The position numbers and the translations under genes were made by a program. DNA of 64,000 bases from positions 6,424-70,423 of the forward strand of contig JBDKRG010000038.1 of the NCBI GenBank assembly GCA_039683515.1, read 5' to 3'. Below, in pieces: positions 37,557-45,690 of the stretch (the stretch's first letter is position 1; every line of letters starts with the position of its first letter). Source of the stretch: Candidatus Sumerlaeia bacterium (GTDB lineage: Bacteria; Sumerlaeota; Sumerlaeia; MVZB01). The notes under the pieces were generated by a model, which saw only the letters and a list, made by a program, of their open reading frames with translations, did not search any database and was not told the origin of the DNA.

Positions 37557-38402
37557 CTATTTTCGCGAAGGCCGTTGATACCGCAACATCAACACGCACG
37601 TTTGTTTACGAAGGTAATCCCACGATCCGGAGTACTCATACATATTGCCGTCGCGATGACTATGCTCTTCGGGCGTTTCGTAATCGGGGTGCTCGATTCT
37701 GAAGTATGGCACTTTGGCTTTATCCGTCGGACTGTACTGCACTTGATCCGTCACGTGATCGAAGTGCCAGCGCCCATCATGATCGCTGGTTGTAAACACA
37801 CCGTGCATATAAGGTCTCATGACAAAAGCTGCCGTCGGGAACGAACCCCTTCCGGCGCTGATCCTGATCACCGCGCCGGAAACAGGCTGCCCCTGCTCAT
37901 TGATGATCCGCCCCCCGATCGCGAACCCCTTTTGCATGCGTATTGTGTAACTTGCCGGCAATTTGTCGATACGCCCCTGCAACGCCGTTTGCGCTTCCCA
38001 GGCCGTGCTGTATTTGTAATGCCGATCTTTTGATGGAAGGGACCCCGCAATCATCTTGAGCCTTTCGACGCAAAACCAATCGACCAGGATCGGCACGTAC
38101 CGCGGATCACGGATGGTCAGGTGGATGAATTGCGGCTCATGAGGCAGCTTGATTTTGAACGTGCCGTCCTGATTGGTCGTTGCGGTCGTCAAGGGGCACA
38201 GACGCGGTGGTTCTCCGGGCTTTCGCTTCTCGAGGCTGAGATATTGTTCGACTTTCAGCCCCGCCAGCGCCTTGCCATCCGGATCGAGCACCTTCACAAC
38301 CATCTCGCCGGGATACTGCAGCGGCGTCCACGTGTTCTCTTCCGCCCGCACGTGCCCCGCCAGTACGGCCAGCAATAAGATTTGGCAGGCCACCCTCATC
38401 AC
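37557..38402 (-). CDS. Secreted protein with two carboxypeptidase-regulatory-like beta-sandwich domains
   Basis: Signal peptide; VLDPDGKALAG...TTNQDGTF and GRIINEQGQPVSGA...TSDHDGRW...HPDY; lower GC than neighbours. Confidence 0.75.
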   Translation of the reverse strand: MMRVACQILLLAVLAGHVRAEENTWTPLQYPGEMVVKVLDPDGKALAGLKVEQYLSLEKRKPGEPPRLCPLTTATTNQDGTFKIKLPHEPQFIHLTIRDPRYVPILVDWFCVERLKMIAGSLPSKDRHYKYSTAWEAQTALQGRIDKLPASYTIRMQKGFAIGGRIINEQGQPVSGAVIRISAGRGSFPTAAFVMRPYMHGVFTTSDHDGRWHFDHVTDQVQYSPTDKAKVPYFRIEHPDYETPEEHSHRDGNMYEYSGSWDYLRKQTCVLMLRYQRPSRK

Positions 38403-38531
38403 ATGCCCCTTCCATTGCGATCTTGGTTATCCTCCCCCCCTGAAAGTAGACGTTTTCCCTGGATGGATCGTGACAAAGAAAATCGACACACCTTCATCAC
38501 AACGCGGCGTGGAACCGCCCCGGCCGTGCAT

Positions 38532-38603
38532 TCAAAACAAAAAAAGGCCGGCGACGACGCCGACCAGTCCCAGTCCGATCCATTGATCCCGCGAGTTTCT
38601 CAC
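38532..38603 (-). pseudogene. Truncated 5' remnant of a GT-C paralog (or a 23-aa peptide)
   Basis: GGAG RBS, then GTG: VRNSRDQWIGLGLVGVVAGLFLF*, similar to the GT-C N-terminus VRPPTNLPDNQWLGMGLVFAFIGIL. Confidence 0.6.
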
Positions 38604-38622
38604 GCCCGGCTCCGTGCAAAGG

Positions 38623-38675
38623 GCAAAGCTGGGCCGGTTGTGATCCGCCCACGCCGCTCACCGCAAGCGAAATGG
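38623..38675 (-). promoter_or_regulatory. Triplicated promoter-like element, copy 3
   Basis: CCATTTCGCTTGCGG-N13-CGGATCACAACCGGCCCAGCTTTGC. Confidence 0.7.
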
Positions 38676-38803
38676 GCATGAATTCCCGTTGAGAAAAACA
38701 AAATTCCGGCCCGCGCGGGCCGGAAAGTCATGTTCCAAGCAACCGTGCGGATTTCGGATTTAAATTCCGCAATCCGCAATCCGCAATCCGAAATCCGCAA
38801 TCG

Positions 38804-39961
38804 CTACATTCCCAGCTGCCGCCGCAGCTCCTCGGGCTTGTTGCAGGCCAGCAGCGCCGTTTCGCGCGTGATCCGGTCGCCGCGCAGCAGGTCCATGATC
38901 GAGCGGTCCATCGTGACCATGTTCCACTTGCCGCCCGACTCGATCGTCCCCTGGATCATGTGCGTGTTCCCCTCGCGCACCTGGTTGCGGATGGCGTCGG
39001 TGGCGATCATCACCTCGTAGGCGATCTCGCGGCCGCGCCGCGTCGAGGGCAGAAGCTTCTGGCAGATGACGCCCTCGATGACGCCCGCGAGCTGGATGCG
39101 GACCTGTTCCTGCTGGTGCGGCGGGAAGACGTCGATGACGCGGTCCATCGTCGCCACCGCGCTGACCGTGTGCAGCGTCGAGAACACGAGGTGGCCCGTT
39201 TCGGCCGCCGTCAGGGCGGCGCTGATCGTGTCGAGGTCGCGCATCTCGCCGATCATCAGCACGTCCGGGTCCTGGCGCAGCGCGTACTTCAAGGCGTTCG
39301 CGAAACTGAACGTGTCCTCGTTGACTTCGCGCTGCTCGATGAGCGCGCGCTTGTGCGGGTGCAGGTATTCGATCGGGTCCTCGATCGTGATGATGTGGCA
39401 GTCGCGCTCGCGGTTGATGAGGTCGATCATCGACGCCAGCGACGTCGACTTGCCCGACCCCGTCGGCCCCGTGATCAGCACGAACCCGTTAGGCCGCCGC
39501 GATAGATACTCCATGACGCGCGCCGGCAGGTTCAGCTCCTCGAACGAGCGGATCTTGGAGTCGATCATGCGGAACGCCGCCGCGACCGTCCCGCGCTGCA
39601 GGTGGATGTTCACGCGGAACCGGCCCATGTTCGAAATCGACAGCGAAAAGTCCAGTTCCTTGTTCTGCTCGAATTTCTGCTTCTGGACGTCGTTCAGGAT
39701 GCCGTAAATCAGCCGCCGGCATTCGGGCGGGTTGAGCACCGCGCCCGACAGGTCCCGCAGCGCCCCGTTGATGCGCAGCACCGGCGGGCGCCCCACGGCC
39801 AGATGCAGGTCCGACGCCTTCTGCTCGATGCAGGCCTTGAGCAGGTCGGCCATTTCGTAGTGGTCCTGCGCAAACGGAACCTTCGACGGCCTCCCCATGG
39901 TCGGGTCGGTCGAGGAGCGGAAACTCCCGATGTCATCCATGACGTGCGCGTTCAGTGCCAT
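38804..39961 (-). CDS. pilT: Type IV pilus retraction ATPase PilT
   Basis: ASDLHL, GPTGSGKSTS, TIEDPIEY, ALRQDPD, AETGHLVFSTLHT and AIRNQVRE (AIRNLIRE-like) motifs. Confidence 0.95.
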   Translation of the reverse strand: MALNAHVMDDIGSFRSSTDPTMGRPSKVPFAQDHYEMADLLKACIEQKASDLHLAVGRPPVLRINGALRDLSGAVLNPPECRRLIYGILNDVQKQKFEQNKELDFSLSISNMGRFRVNIHLQRGTVAAAFRMIDSKIRSFEELNLPARVMEYLSRRPNGFVLITGPTGSGKSTSLASMIDLINRERDCHIITIEDPIEYLHPHKRALIEQREVNEDTFSFANALKYALRQDPDVLMIGEMRDLDTISAALTAAETGHLVFSTLHTVSAVATMDRVIDVFPPHQQEQVRIQLAGVIEGVICQKLLPSTRRGREIAYEVMIATDAIRNQVREGNTHMIQGTIESGGKWNMVTMDRSIMDLLRGDRITRETALLACNKPEELRRQLGM

Positions 39962-40069
39962 GCGAACACCTCTCCCAAATAGGCGCAGCAGCCCGCAAGG
40001 GTGCGATCCGTGCCATCATCCTTATCGCCGCGCACGCCTGAAAAGTTGAGAGGGCGTCAAAAAAAGATC

Positions 40070-40158
40070 AATGATGAATGATGAGTGATGAATGATGAAA
40101 AACAAGGCGCCTGTTACGGACGAACATTCATCATTCATCACTCATCATTCATCATTCC
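40070..40158. repeat. Inverted heptamer arrays (TGATGAA/G)n...(T/CTCATCA)n
   Basis: ATGATGAATGATGAGTGATGAATGA pairs with TCATTCATCACTCATCATTCATCAT; a similar element lies at 48943-49045. Confidence 0.88.
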
Positions 40159-40489
40159 TGATCGCTTTCCTCCGCATCTGCTTCTTGGCGGAGGTTTCCT
40201 TTTTGGTCTTCAGAATCCGCTCGCGCACGCCCCTGGGCATCTTGGTCGCCTTGCGCGGCCGGCGGCGCCGGTTGCGCTGGGCGATCTTTTCGCGTAGCCG
40301 CTCCAGCGCGATCTGCCGGTTGCGCCACTGCGTGCGCTCCTCCTGGCAGGTCACGACGATCCCCGTCGGCCGGTGCGTGAGCCGCACCGCCGTCTCCCTC
40401 CGGTTGACGTTTTGCCCGCCCGGCCCGCTCGACCGGAATGTCTCCAGATCGCACTGGGCCATCAGTTCGTCGTCGCTCAGCATGACCAT
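40145..40489 (-). CDS. Peptide chain release factor-like protein (ArfB/YaeJ-like ribosome rescue factor)
   Basis: [14 protein letters not shown] domain plus a basic C-terminal tail; no codon-recognition domain. Confidence 0.88.
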   Translation of the reverse strand: MVMLSDDELMAQCDLETFRSSGPGGQNVNRRETAVRLTHRPTGIVVTCQEERTQWRNRQIALERLREKIAQRNRRRRPRKATKMPRGVRERILKTKKETSAKKQMRRKAIRNDE

Positions 40490-40593
40490 CGCTCCTGTCC
40501 ATAGCCTCGATCCAGTCCAGCCCATTGTCAACCGCTATGGCTGGTTTGCGCATCTGGCCCCTTGGCGTGGTGTCCCGGAAATTCTTGGGAAAT

Positions 40594-40913
40594 AGCCCGC
40601 TTGAGCGGGCTGAACCGGTTGCCACCGGCTTCAGCCGGATACTATGTTTAGCGTGTCGGTCATGCAGCAAAGCGCTGAAAGCGCGAAACAATATAGCCTG
40701 GGGCGGAGCGAAGCGCAGCCCCAGGTTGCGTGACAGTAAAATTCGGAGCGCTGAAAGCGCGGGAGAAATTGGTTCCTCTCGCTCTTTCAGAGCTCCGGGT
40801 TATTGCGATTCTCGACCTGGGGCTGCGCTTCGCTCCACCCCAGGCTCTTGTCTCTTGCGCCTTCAGCGCAAAAAAAACAGATCAACCACGCTAAACGCAT
40901 GCTCAGCCGGTGG
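40594..40913. mobile_element. Nested palindromic miniature elements
   Basis: Inner full tripartite IR element 40671-40870, inside GTTTAGCGTG/CACGCTAAAC and CCACCGGCTTCAGC/GCTCAGCCGGTGG inverted pairs. Confidence 0.75.
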
Positions 40914-41106
40914 TTCAAGGCTTTATATCAAATTTTAGCCGGCTTTTCGTTCCGCGGCTTTAGCCATCAACAATTAAATGCTATTTCCGGGACACTGTAA
41001 TAGCCCCATCCTTCCCATCGCCCCCCATCGCCGGAAATTTAGGCTTTTCCCCGATACCCCTCGGAGGACCCCTGAGGGATAATTGTCATCGGGAAAGGGG
41101 CGCCTC

Positions 41107-41472
41107 ATGAAACGCGACGAGCCGCTGATCCACTCCTTCGCCATCCGTTCGAGCGGCTTCGGACGCACAAGCTGGCAACCCTCCGTCGACGTCTACTCCG
41201 GCCGCGACGGCTGGCTCGTCAAGTTCGACCTGGCCGGCGTCCGCCCCGAGGACATCCAGCTCCTCGTCAACGACCGCACGATGACCGTGACCGGCGTCCG
41301 CCGCGACTGGACGATCCTCGAGGAGCAGCGCGCCTGGTCGATGGAAATCGCCTACAACCGCTTCGAGCGCAGCGTCAGCCTCCCCTGCCGGCTCGAGGAC
41401 CTCGCCATCCGCAGCGAATACCGCGACGGCATGCTGCTCGTCATCATTTCACGCGAAAGGCCGCGCCCATGA
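41107..41472 (+). CDS. Hsp20/alpha-crystallin small heat-shock protein
   Basis: WQPSVDVY, DLAGV, MEIAYNRFERSVSLP, YRDGML; overlaps the lon start. Confidence 0.92.
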   Translation: MKRDEPLIHSFAIRSSGFGRTSWQPSVDVYSGRDGWLVKFDLAGVRPEDIQLLVNDRTMTVTGVRRDWTILEEQRAWSMEIAYNRFERSVSLPCRLEDLAIRSEYRDGMLLVIISRERPRP

Positions 41473-43805
41473 GCGAAGACATCCATAACCTGCCGGTCCT
41501 GCCGCTGAAGAACACCGTCCTGTTCCCCGGCCTGATGATGCCGCTGTCGGTCGGCCGGCCCCAGTCCCTCCACGCCGTCGAGTCGGCCCTTGCCCGCGAG
41601 GACAAGACCCTCCTGGCCGTCTCGCAAAAGGACGCCGACCTGGCCGAGCCCAAATTCGGCGACCTGTTCCACGTCGGCACCCGCGCCGTGATCAAGAAGC
41701 TCGAGCGCTCCGAGGAGCGCCTCCAGATCATCGTCCAGGGGCTCGACCGCGCCGCCACGATCGCCGCCGACCAGGAGCAGCCCTTCATCATCGCCCGCTA
41801 CCGGCTCCTCTCCGCGCCCGAGGACAGCGGCACCGAGATCGAGGCCCTCACTCAGGCGATGCTCGAGGAAGCCGGCAAAATCTTCGAGCTGGTCAACCCC
41901 CAGGCCCACGCCGCGATCCTGCGGCTCGACCAGGAGATCCCCGAGCCCCTCCAGCAGGTCTACCTGCTCGCCTCGCTCCTGGCGCTCGACACCGAAAAGG
42001 AGCAGGCCCTCCTGGCCGCCAACACCCGCGCCGAGGCGCTGCGCCTCATGATCCAGTACCTCACGCACGAGCGCCAGGTCGCCGAGCTGCGCCAGCGGAT
42101 CACCAACCAGGCCCAGACCGAGATGACCAAGCAGCAGCGCGAATACCTCCTGCGCCAGCAGATGCAGGCCATCCAGCAGGAGCTCGGCGAGCAGGACCTC
42201 GAGCACGCCGAGATCACCGAGCTGCGCAAGCGCCTCGACGAGGCCGAGCTGCCCGACGAGGCCCGCGACGAGGCCCGCCGCGAGCTCGCGCGCCTCGAGC
42301 GCATGCCCCCGGCCGCCCCCGACTACCAGCTCACCCGCACCTACGTCGAGCTGCTCATTGAAATGCCTTGGCGCAAAAGCACGGACGACAACCTCGACAT
42401 CGCCCACGCGCGCCAGGTCCTCGACGAGGACCACTTCGACCTCGAGGACATCAAGGAGCGCATCCTCGAGCAGCTCGCCGTCCTCAAGCTCAACCCGGCG
42501 GCCAACGCCCCGATCCTGTGCTTCGTCGGCCCGCCCGGAGTCGGCAAGACCTCCCTCGGCAAGTCGATCGCCCGCTCGCTCAACCGCAAGTTCGAGCGCA
42601 TGAGCCTGGGCGGCATGCACGACGAGGCCGAGCTGCGCGGCCACCGCCGCACCTACATCGGCGCCATGCCCGGCCGCATCATCCAGGCGATCCGGCGCGC
42701 CGGCGTGCGCAACCCCCTCCTCATGCTCGACGAGGTCGACAAGCTCGCCCACGACTGGCGCGGCGATCCCTCCTCCGCCCTCCTCGAGGTCCTCGACCCC
42801 GCGCAGAACTTCGAGTTCCGCGACAATTACCTGAACCTGGCGTTCGACCTCTCGAAGGTCTTCTTCATCACGACGGCCAACACGCTCGACACGATCCCCA
42901 CGCCCCTCCTGGACCGCATGGAAGTCATCCACCTCGCCGGCTACAGCGACGAGGAAAAAAAGGAGATCGCGCGCCGCTACCTGGTCGCGCGGCAGGTCGC
43001 GGCCTCCGGCCTCAAGCCCGACCAGATCCGGATCCCCGACGACACGGTCATGGAGATCATCCACCGCTACACGCGCGAGGCCGGCGTCCGCGAGCTCGAG
43101 CGCACCCTCGGCAGCCTGTGCCGCAAGGTCGCGCGCCGCTTCGCCGAGGGCCGCACCGAACCGGTCGCCGTCGCGCCGGCCGACCTCGGCGAGTGGCTCG
43201 GCCCCGAGCGCTTCTTCGAGGAGGACGCCCGCAAGCAGCTCGACCCCGGCGTGGCCATCGGCCTGGCCTACACCCCCGTCGGCGGCGTCGTGCTCTATAT
43301 TGAAGCGGTCATGCTGCGCGAGGGCGCCGAGCTCACGCTGACCGGCCAGCTGGGCGACGTGATGAAGGAGTCGGCGCGCGCCGCGCTCAGCTTCATCCGC
43401 GCGCACCTGCCCGAGTTCGACCCGGGCGCCCCCCCCGCCACGGGAAGCGTCCACATCCACGTCCCGGCCGGCGCCACGCCCAAGGACGGCCCGTCGGCCG
43501 GCGTGGCGATGGCCACGGCGCTGGCCTCGCTCTTCACCGGCAAGCCGATGCGCCAGGACACGGCGATGACGGGCGAGATCACGCTGACCGGCCTCGTGCT
43601 CCCCATCGGCGGCCTCAAGGAAAAGATCCTGGCCGCCCACCGCGCCGGCCTCAAGCGCGTGATCCTGCCGCGCCGCAACATGAGCGACCTGGCCGATCTG
43701 CCCGACCACATCCGCAACGCCATGGAGTTCATCCCCGTCGACCGCATCTCGGATGTGATCGAAGCCGCGATCCCGCAACTCGCCAAGCAAGCCCGCGCCG
43801 CGTGA
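41469..43805 (+). CDS. lon: ATP-dependent protease La
   Basis: LPVLPL..VLFP N-domain, GPPGVGKTS, LDEVDK, catalytic DGPSAG and GGLKEK. Confidence 0.98.
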   Translation: MSEDIHNLPVLPLKNTVLFPGLMMPLSVGRPQSLHAVESALAREDKTLLAVSQKDADLAEPKFGDLFHVGTRAVIKKLERSEERLQIIVQGLDRAATIAADQEQPFIIARYRLLSAPEDSGTEIEALTQAMLEEAGKIFELVNPQAHAAILRLDQEIPEPLQQVYLLASLLALDTEKEQALLAANTRAEALRLMIQYLTHERQVAELRQRITNQAQTEMTKQQREYLLRQQMQAIQQELGEQDLEHAEITELRKRLDEAELPDEARDEARRELARLERMPPAAPDYQLTRTYVELLIEMPWRKSTDDNLDIAHARQVLDEDHFDLEDIKERILEQLAVLKLNPAANAPILCFVGPPGVGKTSLGKSIARSLNRKFERMSLGGMHDEAELRGHRRTYIGAMPGRIIQAIRRAGVRNPLLMLDEVDKLAHDWRGDPSSALLEVLDPAQNFEFRDNYLNLAFDLSKVFFITTANTLDTIPTPLLDRMEVIHLAGYSDEEKKEIARRYLVARQVAASGLKPDQIRIPDDTVMEIIHRYTREAGVRELERTLGSLCRKVARRFAEGRTEPVAVAPADLGEWLGPERFFEEDARKQLDPGVAIGLAYTPVGGVVLYIEAVMLREGAELTLTGQLGDVMKESARAALSFIRAHLPEFDPGAPPATGSVHIHVPAGATPKDGPSAGVAMATALASLFTGKPMRQDTAMTGEITLTGLVLPIGGLKEKILAAHRAGLKRVILPRRNMSDLADLPDHIRNAMEFIPVDRISDVIEAAIPQLAKQARAA

Positions 43806-43815
43806 CTATGGCGAC

Positions 43816-44640
43816 TCAGCGATTTTCATTTTCCTCAAGTCGCTTGATGCTTGTCTCGCTCGTTAAAAGCTTCATCTGGTGTATAGCGATCTGGTTCAGT
43901 TTGCGAAGTCGTTCCGCCTGAGGCGTTTTCGCCTGAATGAATAAGGCGTTGATGTTTTCCAGATTGGAAAGGCACACAAGCTGTGACATGTCGGCGTAAT
44001 CCCGGATGTTCCCTTTTTTGTCCGGATTGAGTTCCCTCCATTCCTGCGCGGTCTTGCCAAACAATGCGACGTTCAGGACATCCGCCTCCGAGGCATATAC
44101 CAAGTTCACCTGGCGCGACGACAATTCCTGTGGAATAAGATTCTCCTTAATGGCATCGGTGTGAATGCGGTAGTTGATCCTCGCCAGATTGCGCCGAATG
44201 TCCCATCCAAGTTGCTTTCGTTCCCCCTCCTTGAGTCTTTGAAACTCCTTGATGAGATAGAGTTTGAACTCGACGGATATCCAGGATGCGAACTCGAAGG
44301 CAATATCCTTGTGGGCGAAAGTGCCGCCATACCGGCCCGTCTTGGAAATTAAACCTATCGCGTGGGTCGCGTCGACCCAACGTTTTGCCGTCAGGATGAA
44401 ACTATTGAGTCCAGCCTGTTTTCTAATCCCATCGAATTCGATGGGATTAAAACGGGGGTTGTTCAGGTGCTCCCAGATTCCCAGGAACTCGATCGTGTTA
44501 CGGTTCCGCAACCAATTCTGAATGATATAATCGGTGCGTTCCGAGTCTTTGTACCGGGCAATATCGGTCAGGCTGATATAGTCCTCTGAATCCCGCGTCT
44601 GAATTGTGATCTCTTTACTCAAAACCTTGATCTTTGACAT
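43816..44640 (-). CDS. KilA-N domain DNA-binding protein
   Basis: DYISLTDIA, IQNWLRNRNTIEFLGIWE, GRYGGTFAHKDIAFEFASWIS; low GC. Confidence 0.93.
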   Translation of the reverse strand: MSKIKVLSKEITIQTRDSEDYISLTDIARYKDSERTDYIIQNWLRNRNTIEFLGIWEHLNNPRFNPIEFDGIRKQAGLNSFILTAKRWVDATHAIGLISKTGRYGGTFAHKDIAFEFASWISVEFKLYLIKEFQRLKEGERKQLGWDIRRNLARINYRIHTDAIKENLIPQELSSRQVNLVYASEADVLNVALFGKTAQEWRELNPDKKGNIRDYADMSQLVCLSNLENINALFIQAKTPQAERLRKLNQIAIHQMKLLTSETSIKRLEENENR

Positions 44641-44686
44641 GATTCCACCCCTCTGTTCTTGACGCTCGATCCAGTGGTCTCGCCTC

Positions 44687-44836
44687 TAACATCTCGATTT
44701 CCAGAGGCTTAAAACCCGGACTGCTCAACATCTCCCACAGACCGAGCTGCCATTGTCACTCTCCTGCATTTGGTCTAATCCCGTCGAATTCGACGGGATT
44801 AAAATCCGGGTTGTTCAAGTGTTCCCAGATGCCCAA
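44687..44836 (-). repeat. Two tandem variant copies of an internal 60-bp KilA-N coding segment
   Basis: 44776-44836 reads LGIWEHLNNPDFNPVEFDGI and 44687-44746 reads LGLWEMLSSPGFKPLEIEML; the gene segment 44424-44484 reads LGIWEHLNNPRFNPIEFDGI. Confidence 0.88.
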
Positions 44837-44853
44837 CGTGAGCCAAACAAATG

Positions 44854-45477
44854 TCATGAGATTGGAAGCAACTCGAAACATACCCTATACTTTACCAACT
44901 TCACATTGGGCAATGCCCTTGCCGCGTAGACGACCCTTGGCTCGAAATCCGACGCAACCAGAATCCCCCTTACAGGATCGGGACCACCCATTGCGAAACA
45001 CCCCATGTAGCCCAGTATCTGGCCCAAGGCCGCGTCCTTCGCTTTTCCAGCCTTGAACTCAATGACCACGCGGTTGCCTTGGGCGTCCCGGGCAAGCAGA
45101 TCGATCCTCCCGGCCTCGACCTGATATTCAATGCCGTTCTCGACCAGTACAAGCCCTTCTTCAATCTCCTGGACACGCGATGCATCGTAGGAATGCAGAT
45201 CCCGCTCGAGCGAGAGGCTCGCGTCGATGATTTCCTGAACTTCGCATTCGGCCTCGTCGGTTTCTCCGGATTCGTTATGCATATTGGAATCGAAACCCGG
45301 CACGGCAATCTCTCCGTTTTTGATTTTCGATTTGTACCACGCATAATGGGATTTCTGCCATTTGCTCGCGGGGAAATGTTTTAGAACAAGCGATGTGAGC
45401 ATTTCATACGACGGGAATGTACCTTCGTTCATGCATGTCTCAATCACTAATTCCTTGATTGTGCCGTAGTCGCCCAT
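44854..45477 (-). CDS. NucS/EndoMS-like (DUF91) PD-(D/E)xK endonuclease domain protein
   Basis: LERDL...GRIDLLARD...VIEFK...ALGQILGYMG nuclease motif; small N-terminal helical domain; low GC. Confidence 0.85.
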   Translation of the reverse strand: MGDYGTIKELVIETCMNEGTFPSYEMLTSLVLKHFPASKWQKSHYAWYKSKIKNGEIAVPGFDSNMHNESGETDEAECEVQEIIDASLSLERDLHSYDASRVQEIEEGLVLVENGIEYQVEAGRIDLLARDAQGNRVVIEFKAGKAKDAALGQILGYMGCFAMGGPDPVRGILVASDFEPRVVYAARALPNVKLVKYRVCFELLPIS

Positions 45478-45616
45478 GTGATCCCACCCATTGTGTTGGT
45501 CTACAACCGTCATTGTTCAAATCCAGCTTGCATTGGCAAGCGGAATTCGGCGGCACAGCTATTTCCGGCGTTTCCACCGAGATCCTTGTTATTGCGCGCG
45601 CCCTTCCTCCCCTTCC

Positions 45617-45645
45617 TTGACCATTCCCCCCCGCATCGTCATACT
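45617..45645 (+). promoter_or_regulatory. Sigma70-like promoter
   Basis: TTGACC-N17-CATACT about 45 nt before ATG 45691. Confidence 0.55.
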
Positions 45646-45690
45646 GTTTGGCTGAACGGGATGCGATGTTGCCGAAGGGAAATTGTTGCA

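Noticed and set aside
33305-38675. Integron attC cassette array
   Set aside because: The repeats are not palindromic, lack RYYYAAC/GTTRRRY ends, lie upstream of genes like promoters, and no integrase is present.
44424-44836. Diversity-generating retroelement TR/VR pair
   Set aside because: No reverse transcriptase in the window, mismatches are not confined to adenines, and the target is internal rather than a C-terminal variable region.
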